64,000 nt of DNA from an uncultured Planctomycetales bacterium (GTDB taxonomy: Bacteria > Omnitrophota > Gorgyraeia > Zapsychrales > Fredricksoniimonadaceae): positions 83,089 to 147,088 of the forward strand of contig CAZNDZ010000002.1 of the NCBI GenBank assembly GCA_964572155.1, given 5' to 3'. Position 1 is the first letter of the stretch. The number at the start of each line of letters is the position of its first letter. A program made the position numbers and the translations under genes. The notes beneath the pieces were generated by a model, which did not search any database, had not been told where the DNA came from, and saw only the letters and a list, made by a program, of their open reading frames with translations. Positions 57,475-64,000 of this stretch are shown here, piece by piece.

Positions 57475-60400
57475 AAACTTCTAAGGTCTTTTTAATGGCT
57501 TGTTCACGATCAACAGGCGCTGGCGTGTCTTGTGAAGCGACGCTTGACTGTTTCGACGTCGTTGGTTGTGATGTTGTTGCATTAACTGCAACAGGTGCGG
57601 GTTGGTTTAAAAACATTTGTGCTTGAGTCATGTACTTTTGGGTTTGTTTAAAGTCAGGCAAAACGTCTTGTAGATCTTTAAATTTATTGTAAGCCGCTTG
57701 ATAGTTTGCTTGTGCGTACAAGCGCATGGCTTCATCATAAATGGCAGAAGCACTGTCATTTAACTTTTGTTGGATCACACGGCGTTCTTCATCCAATTGC
57801 TTTTGATGTTCACGTGCTTGACGCTCTAACTCTTCACGACGTTGACGTTCTTTCAGTGCTTCTTCTTGTTGACGTTTGATTTCATCCTTACGGCGTTGTT
57901 CTTCTAGCTTTTCTTGTTGTTGACGTTCTTTATCTTTTAAGATTTGAGCCCTACGTTGTTCGTCACGTTTTTGGCGATCTTCCAATTCTTTCTTCTTGCG
58001 TTCTAATTCTGCTAAGCGTTCTTGTTCTTGTTTCTTTTTACGATCAACGAGTTCTTGTTTCTTGCGTTCAACTTCTTTTGCGCGATCTTCAATGGCCTTT
58101 TTCTTATCTTCTTCAGCTTTTTTCTTTTGTTCTTCTAATTCTTTTTTGCGTTTTTCAATAGCTTCTTTTGCAGCCAACTTCTTTGCTTCTTCCGCTTTGG
58201 CCTTTTCTTCTTTAGATTGCTGCTCTTCAAAATATTTCTTACGTTTATCAGAAAATTCTTTTTGTTTCTGACGATCATCTTGAGTCACAACCTCAGCCTT
58301 TTGCACAACAGCTTCAACAACAGGCGTCGTAACAACAGCTTCTTGTTTTGGTTCTGGAACTTCCATTGTAATTGGTTCAATAGGCTTTACTGGTTCTTCT
58401 TTTACAGCTGGTTCTTGACGTATTGCTGCAGGTATTTTTCTAAATTGTAAATCTTCTTCTTCTTTTTTACGTTTAGCTTGTTCTTTCAAGCGTTGACGTT
58501 GTATGCGTTCACGTTCACGTTCTTTTAACTTCATGCTTTCAATCTGAATGCGTTGCTTTTGTTCTGCTTCTTGGGCTAATCGACGCTGACGTTCTAACTG
58601 AGCGGTTAATTCTCTTTGATGTGCGCGTTCCTTCTGTGCTAAAACATTCGCCATCTTTTGTTTTCTAATCTGCTCTCCAATAAATTCACTACGCTCTTTC
58701 TCACTGGCAGCGTCAGACCTTGCTGCAGCTTTTTCATAATATTTATCAATATTCTTGATATAGGCTTTTGCCCCTGGGTAATTTTGTAAAGCTAAATCAT
58801 CAAAAATGACTTTCGCAGCGGTGAATTTTCTTTGTTTGTACAGAGAAACTGCGTGATCGAAAACTTCTTCTTTTTGTCGCTTTGCAGCATCTTGGGCGTA
58901 ATCTTGCTCTTCACGCTTTGCACGCTCCTCAGCTAAACGTTGAGCACGATTGCGGCGTTCTTGATCTTCGTATTCTTTCTTCTTAGCTTTAATTTCAGCA
59001 AGCTTTTCTTTGCGTTGATCAACAACCATGGCCTCTGATTTTGTTTGTGCTTTAATGCGTCTGGCTAAAAGTTGCTCTTCCACATCAACAGATGGTTTGA
59101 TCTTTTTGATTTCTTTGACAACTTTAACATCTTTGATGACTTTAATTTCTTTAGTCGGTTTTGGTTCTTTTGTTTCTTTTATTTCTTTAACAACCTTGAT
59201 GACTTTGATTTGGCTCTCTTGTTCTTGAACATCTTCCATGGCCATGGTTCTCTTTAATGCTTCTAAGGTTTCCAAAACTTTTTCTAATTCTGTAAACTTA
59301 GCCTTAGCCATTTGGAAATCTTTACGACGAGAAACTTCTAAGATCTCATCATTTAAGTTAACAGCTTTGTCAGCCAATGCTTGAACTTCCGATTCTTGAG
59401 CAACACGCAATTGACGTCTACGCTCTGCTTCTGCCTTGCGGCGTTCTTGTTCCGCAACTCTCTGAGCCATGAGTTCACGTTCACGCTTTGCTTCCAATTC
59501 TTTAATGCGATCTTCTTCTTTATGTGTTCGCTCTAAAACAGCTTGACGTTCTGCTTGAGCTGCATCTTCTTTAATATGAGCTAAGAACCAACGTGTCATC
59601 TTGTAATTAGGCATGTCATTTTCAATTCTCACAAAAATGGGCATGGCGCTTTCATAGTTTTGATTGCGCAATAACATGATGGCTTCATCATAATCATCTT
59701 TAACTGCAGCTAATCTTTGTTCACGTTCAATCTTTAATTGACGTTGACGTTCAGCTTCTTCTTGGGCACGCAATTCACGTAAGATGCTTTCCTTTTGCAT
59801 CTTAATACGATTAAGCGCATCATCGACTTTAACCATGGTTCGCTTAACTGGGGCCATGCGTTTGTCTTCTGCCAATGCATTGATTTTTGCCATGACGCTA
59901 GCACTTTGCTTTGATAATGCTTCAATCAATTTTGCTTCATCAATTTCTTCTTCTTTGGTCTTTGGTGCAGATGGGACAACGCTTTGAGAACTAATTTGTT
60001 CTTTCATTGCCTTGTCTTGAATCTCACGTTTTACTTGTGAGTCTCTTGATTTTTGTTCTTGAGCTTTAATGCGCTCTTCTTCGAGAGCTTTACGGCGTGC
60101 TTCTTGAGCAACAATTTGTTCTTTCTGTTGTTTTTCTTTTTCCTTAATATAGGTGATCTTGGCAATAAATGCCTTTGTTGATTTATAACCTGACAAGGTT
60201 TTTTCAATATCGTTGAATTTTTCTAATGCTTCATCGTAAGATTTTTTATCAAATAAGTTAACAGCGGCTTGATATACAAAGCTTACTTGATCTTCTAATT
60301 GTTTAATGCGTTGTTTCTCTTTTTCTTCTGCTTCTTTTTTCTCTAAAGCTTCTTTCTTGCGACGAGCAACTTCTTCTTCCCATTGTTGCATGGCAAGTTC

Positions 60401-61414
60401 TTTGGCCTTGATTTGATCAATGCGTGCTTGCTCTGCAGCCATATCTTTATCTGCACGGGCTAAATAATCGCGTGTTGCCTTATAATCTGGGACAACCCAT
60501 TCTACTTCACCAAATTTCTTTTTTGCTTCCATGAACTTCTTATTCTTATAAAGTGTCACGGCTTCTGCATAAACACTATCTGCTTGAGCGTTGATCTGAG
60601 TCTTACGATCTTTTTCTTTCTTTTCAATTTCTTTTCGCCATGTTTCTTTTTCTCGTTCTCTTGCTTTTTCAGCTTCAGCTTGTTGACGCTGAACTTCTTT
60701 CGAATTTTGTTTTGATGAAGTGGCTTCGCTTTCTAAAATATTTTGATCAATGATCCTAAGATAGCTTTGCGTTCCCTTATAGTTTTCTGACAATTCTTGC
60801 ACATGGTTAAACATGTCTTTTGCTTCTTTAAATTTCTTTTCCTTAAAATAGGCAACAGCCTGATTGTATGCTGTGGCGGCATCTAACAACTTGGCTTGTT
60901 TCTCTTGGGATTCAATGCGCATTTGTTGTTTTTCTTGAGAACGTAAAGCAGCTTCTTGGGCTTTTAATTTCGTTGCGCTTTGATCAATGTACTTAAGCAT
61001 TTCCGGGTGATCTGTAATCGCGATGGCTTTTTCAAAATATTCACGTGCTTCGTTAAATTTGCCTTCATCTTGCAATTGAAGGCCATGTTCATAATATTCA
61101 CGCGCACGTTCTTCACGTTTTTGATTACGCTTGATAACTGTTTGTTCTTTAATTTTTTCGTTAACGCGCTTGATATTTTCGCGGGATTTGATGATGAGCT
61201 TTTTTAAATCGTAGACATAACTTGCTGCTGTTTCATCTGATGCGTCTTGTGTTACAGAAGCTTCTTCATCTTCAAGTTTAGATGATGGGGGCTCTGGAGA
61301 AATTGCTGAAGCGGCGGTATCGACAGATGGTTCTTTATCTAGACCGCTGGATGGCTGACCAGCAAAACAAGGATTCGCAACGAACAAAAATAAATATATA
61401 AAAATATAAAACAT
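57449..61414 (-). CDS. Giant secreted coiled-coil protein (~1320 aa) with dispersed TPR-like modules
   Basis: Start set at [19 protein letters not shown] (signal peptide), 5 nt downstream of the OMP stop. At least 8 copies of a ~45-aa module (Y..A..LY...KF.EA...F......P.YK.T..YL) are separated by E/K/R/Q-rich coiled-coil segments. Confidence 0.7.
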   Translation of the reverse strand: MFYIFIYLFLFVANPCFAGQPSSGLDKEPSVDTAASAISPEPPSSKLEDEEASVTQDASDETAASYVYDLKKLIIKSRENIKRVNEKIKEQTVIKRNQKREERAREYYEHGLQLQDEGKFNEAREYFEKAIAITDHPEMLKYIDQSATKLKAQEAALRSQEKQQMRIESQEKQAKLLDAATAYNQAVAYFKEKKFKEAKDMFNHVQELSENYKGTQSYLRIIDQNILESEATSSKQNSKEVQRQQAEAEKAREREKETWRKEIEKKEKDRKTQINAQADSVYAEAVTLYKNKKFMEAKKKFGEVEWVVPDYKATRDYLARADKDMAAEQARIDQIKAKELAMQQWEEEVARRKKEALEKKEAEEKEKQRIKQLEDQVSFVYQAAVNLFDKKSYDEALEKFNDIEKTLSGYKSTKAFIAKITYIKEKEKQQKEQIVAQEARRKALEEERIKAQEQKSRDSQVKREIQDKAMKEQISSQSVVPSAPKTKEEEIDEAKLIEALSKQSASVMAKINALAEDKRMAPVKRTMVKVDDALNRIKMQKESILRELRAQEEAERQRQLKIEREQRLAAVKDDYDEAIMLLRNQNYESAMPIFVRIENDMPNYKMTRWFLAHIKEDAAQAERQAVLERTHKEEDRIKELEAKRERELMAQRVAEQERRKAEAERRRQLRVAQESEVQALADKAVNLNDEILEVSRRKDFQMAKAKFTELEKVLETLEALKRTMAMEDVQEQESQIKVIKVVKEIKETKEPKPTKEIKVIKDVKVVKEIKKIKPSVDVEEQLLARRIKAQTKSEAMVVDQRKEKLAEIKAKKKEYEDQERRNRAQRLAEERAKREEQDYAQDAAKRQKEEVFDHAVSLYKQRKFTAAKVIFDDLALQNYPGAKAYIKNIDKYYEKAAARSDAASEKERSEFIGEQIRKQKMANVLAQKERAHQRELTAQLERQRRLAQEAEQKQRIQIESMKLKERERERIQRQRLKEQAKRKKEEEDLQFRKIPAAIRQEPAVKEEPVKPIEPITMEVPEPKQEAVVTTPVVEAVVQKAEVVTQDDRQKQKEFSDKRKKYFEEQQSKEEKAKAEEAKKLAAKEAIEKRKKELEEQKKKAEEDKKKAIEDRAKEVERKKQELVDRKKKQEQERLAELERKKKELEDRQKRDEQRRAQILKDKERQQQEKLEEQRRKDEIKRQQEEALKERQRREELERQAREHQKQLDEERRVIQQKLNDSASAIYDEAMRLYAQANYQAAYNKFKDLQDVLPDFKQTQKYMTQAQMFLNQPAPVAVNATTSQPTTSKQSSVASQDTPAPVDREQAIKKTLEVFDLPSNGN

Positions 61415-61419
61415 AATCG

Positions 61420-64000
61420 TTATTGTATCACACCCTTTTGTGCATCGGCTACTATTTTCTCCCATAATTTTCTTGCCTTGAGATATTCGCCGGAACGATA
61501 GTAATCTTCTGCGGTCTTATTGTATTGTTGCAACTTTTCTTCATAAGCAATTTGTGTGCGGATAAATTCTGACGCTTCATCAAACATCATTTGACCAGCC
61601 ATGATGATGTCTTTATAAATTTGTTGTGCTTCTGCTAGCTTCTTTTGTTTTTGAGCAGCCGAGGCAACAGCAAACATATGATTTAAATCTGCCACAACTT
61701 TACTATCAGGCTTTTGTAATTCTTTGGACACCATGGCCCATGCCCATTCACTGACTTTATTATCCAACCATTTTTCTCTAGCGCGTTGCTTTTCTGCCGG
61801 AGAGCGATCATATAATTTTCCAGACATGCGGACAAACGGACCTTGCGACGTGTAGTTCAAATTGGTCAAATCATCATTAAACTGTGTGAAATTCCAGCCC
61901 AACCCTAATTGCGCGTTATCGTTGATATTACGTGTTGCTTCAAGCAATACGCCTTGCTTACTATCTTTTGCTTCCACTTGAGTTAAATTACGTAATTCTG
62001 AACTTAACGTCCAATCGCGATCTAACTTGTAATTGATGCGATGAATCATCAACCATGTGTGCGTGCGATTAAATGCAAAGCCTGTAACTTTCTCGTCGTT
62101 AATACGAATTGCAAACTTTTCTGCTAATTGCCAACTTTCATTGACATCATACACACCTTCAAGTCCAAAGACTTGAGCAACATTTCGCTCTACATCCAAG
62201 GCTGTGCCCGCTGATTGTCCAATCGGACCAGCGTTCTGCGTATATGCGTATTGGGCAATTAAGTTTAAGCGATCAAAATTAACAGGTCGATACGCAGCAC
62301 CTAAGATAATTTGTTGATGACGTTGTTCAATGGTGTTGGTCGTTACATTTTCTGTCCTAGAAAATTCCACTTTTGCAGACACCGACATGTTATCCGTGAC
62401 TTTTCCTTCTAATGCATTATAGAAGACGAATTGACGTTTATTCTCATTGCCATTATCAAAACGAAATTCAATTTTTGCTGAATCTTTTAAACGTTCGATG
62501 GCAAGCTCAGGATCTTTCCAAACATAACCAGCACCCATGGTAATCGCGGTGCGGTCTGTCCTACTGCCATCAAGATTCTGAACACTGCCCTTTTCTAAAC
62601 TTCCTTGTAAAGCCAACTTATCGTTAACATCACCTGTTAAACCAAAGATATTAGATTGTGTGACGGCACCACTCTTATCGTCACCCAAAGTGCGTGTCAC
62701 AGATGCTTCCAAAGCTTTTCCATCTTGATTGCGGGTTAAGCCATACTTGGTATTGGTTGTTGACCCGTCGGGATTGATCGTAAAGGCTTTTTCGCTAACC
62801 GCTTGCAAACGTTCACTGATCTTCGCTTGATCGGTCATGGCGATCGTCGTGGTCTTGCCACCCTGAGCATTCTCATCCACCTTAAGACTCGATGTTGTGG
62901 TTAAATTATCATTAATATGTTTGGTGGCATCAATGGCCATGGTTTTTGTTTGCCCACCACCATTAGCTAGATCAACGGCTAAAGCTGTCTTGATCGTCGC
63001 ATCTTTATCTAAACCTAAAGCGGTTGTCCCTGTCACTGCTGCTGTGGTAAATTGTCGCCCCATCATATCGGCAGTCTTACCAACCACCGCTTCAAGCTCG
63101 GTACCTTCATTAAGCTTAACTTTCGCCTTTGTGCCCACCGTTCCGCTGGTTGTCTTTGTTCCCGTCGAAGAATCCGTCATGGTAACACCCGCATTGGCTG
63201 TGATGTTTTCATTGAACTTTTGTTCAGCGCCAAACGTTGTGGTCTTGTCCATTTGACCTGTTTTGAATTGAGCCATGGTATACGACGTATTAAAGGCTAA
63301 TTTATCGGTCACATTTTGTGTAGCTCCAACCGTTGTTGCCGTACCCTCTTGGCTAAATGATTCTTGAGCGCTAACCTTTAATCGATCCGTAACCCGACCT
63401 TCAGCTCCAATGGTCGTAACGTTCTTTGTTGGATCATTGATATCAAATTGTTGGCCTGCGGTTACGGTAACACGACCATTGAGCGCGTATTCTGCTTTAC
63501 CCGCCAAGGCTTTTGTGACTTGATTTGTTTGCGTCACAATGTCGCCAATCTTATCCTTAACTTCTTGGATTTGATATGCGCCTGTCAACTTTAAGCGTTC
63601 TGTTTCATGCACAACCTGAACAAGCGTCGTACTTGTCTCACTGGCACCAACTTGAGCAACCGTTTGTAAATTACCGTTATTAATCAATTTTTGTATATCT
63701 GTTTTTGCGGTCAAGCGTGTGACGGGCGTTAAATCAAATGTTAATGCTAAGCCCAGCATTTCTTTGCCTTGTTGTGACGAGGCCTGAACAGACGTAAATG
63801 AATCTTCTATCCATTTATAATACGTGCTGACACCCAAGCGGTTAAACAAGCGCGCATCACCCCTGATACCAAAAGCTTCACCTGTTGACGCATCACCTGA
63901 TTGCAATTGGGTGAAGGTAATACCACCGTCGGTTGAAACATATGAACTAATGCCTGTGGACTGTGTTTTAGCAAATTCTGCTTTCACCGTTGCATCAGGA
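61420..64000 (-). CDS. Large outer-membrane beta-barrel-like protein with C-terminal ~120-aa helical TPR-like extension; 5' end outside window
   Basis: Thr/Gly/Asn-rich alternating-hydrophobic (amphipathic beta-strand) composition over ~700 aa, ending in a GLGWNFTQF...GPFVRMSGKLY barrel-closing-like strand. Then comes a helical tail containing the YYRSGEYLKARKLWEKI module. The frame stays open to the window edge, and the putative start at 63987 is GTG. Confidence 0.5.
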   Translation of the reverse strand, partial: PDATVKAEFAKTQSTGISSYVSTDGGITFTQLQSGDASTGEAFGIRGDARLFNRLGVSTYYKWIEDSFTSVQASSQQGKEMLGLALTFDLTPVTRLTAKTDIQKLINNGNLQTVAQVGASETSTTLVQVVHETERLKLTGAYQIQEVKDKIGDIVTQTNQVTKALAGKAEYALNGRVTVTAGQQFDINDPTKNVTTIGAEGRVTDRLKVSAQESFSQEGTATTVGATQNVTDKLAFNTSYTMAQFKTGQMDKTTTFGAEQKFNENITANAGVTMTDSSTGTKTTSGTVGTKAKVKLNEGTELEAVVGKTADMMGRQFTTAAVTGTTALGLDKDATIKTALAVDLANGGGQTKTMAIDATKHINDNLTTTSSLKVDENAQGGKTTTIAMTDQAKISERLQAVSEKAFTINPDGSTTNTKYGLTRNQDGKALEASVTRTLGDDKSGAVTQSNIFGLTGDVNDKLALQGSLEKGSVQNLDGSRTDRTAITMGAGYVWKDPELAIERLKDSAKIEFRFDNGNENKRQFVFYNALEGKVTDNMSVSAKVEFSRTENVTTNTIEQRHQQIILGAAYRPVNFDRLNLIAQYAYTQNAGPIGQSAGTALDVERNVAQVFGLEGVYDVNESWQLAEKFAIRINDEKVTGFAFNRTHTWLMIHRINYKLDRDWTLSSELRNLTQVEAKDSKQGVLLEATRNINDNAQLGLGWNFTQFNDDLTNLNYTSQGPFVRMSGKLYDRSPAEKQRAREKWLDNKVSEWAWAMVSKELQKPDSKVVADLNHMFAVASAAQKQKKLAEAQQIYKDIIMAGQMMFDEASEFIRTQIAYEEKLQQYNKTAEDYYRSGEYLKARKLWEKIVADAQKGVIQ

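Noticed and set aside
57449-61465. Dense short DNA repeats that might suggest a CRISPR array or non-coding tandem repeat
   Set aside because: The repeats are in-frame and encode a continuous E/K/R/Q-rich coiled-coil ORF with a signal peptide. There is no repeat-spacer periodicity.

Overview
This 64-kb window comes from a low-GC (~38-40%) Gram-negative bacterium. It encodes AsmA and a beta-barrel OMP; housekeeping genes look proteobacterial, but the lineage cannot be assigned from sequence alone.

1-9.2 kb is core-like: a partial MFS transporter, DUF2934, lhgO, a CDGSH protein, a 1011-aa secreted orphan, metW-metX, nadA and miaB.

9.2-~28.7 kb is an accessory/defence island. It is opened by a large serine recombinase gene whose ORF runs into the 5' end of miaB. 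It contains: (i) an MGE regulatory/replication-like module (HTH_36 winged helix, SpoVG-like protein, iteron-like repeats); (ii) a ~10.4-kb co-directional Type I R-M super-operon: metallophosphoesterase - pRiA4b-ORF3-like Zn-ribbon protein - hsdM - HEPN-like - DUF4238 - hsdS - TIR-like (Cap12/PycTIR-type) - hsdR fused to a LexA/UmuD-like S24 peptidase domain; (iii) a tripartite hipB-hipS-hipT toxin-antitoxin module with two palindromic operators; (iv) two secreted orphans and a Zn-ribbon protein with a histone-H1-like tail; (v) a higB/higA-like TA pair.

28.8-54.5 kb is mostly housekeeping and envelope. It holds a LysM L,D-transpeptidase, AsmA, a small SET-domain protein, transporters, a CPBP protease, an MtaB-like methylthiotransferase, HtpX with a C-terminal EF-hand, Dus, an Lpd/Gor-family oxidoreductase and an ABC-2 exporter. 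It also holds a DUF3800+LamG insertion, the bolA-gshA-gshB-grx-ibaG-grxD redox cluster and ilvBN.

54.6-64 kb is an envelope operon. It encodes a large beta-barrel OMP with a C-terminal helical extension (N-terminus outside the window), a ~1320-aa secreted coiled-coil protein with dispersed TPR-like modules, a YyaL/DUF255 thioredoxin-like protein and a membrane-anchored coiled-coil protein.

No rRNA, tRNA or CRISPR array was recognised.
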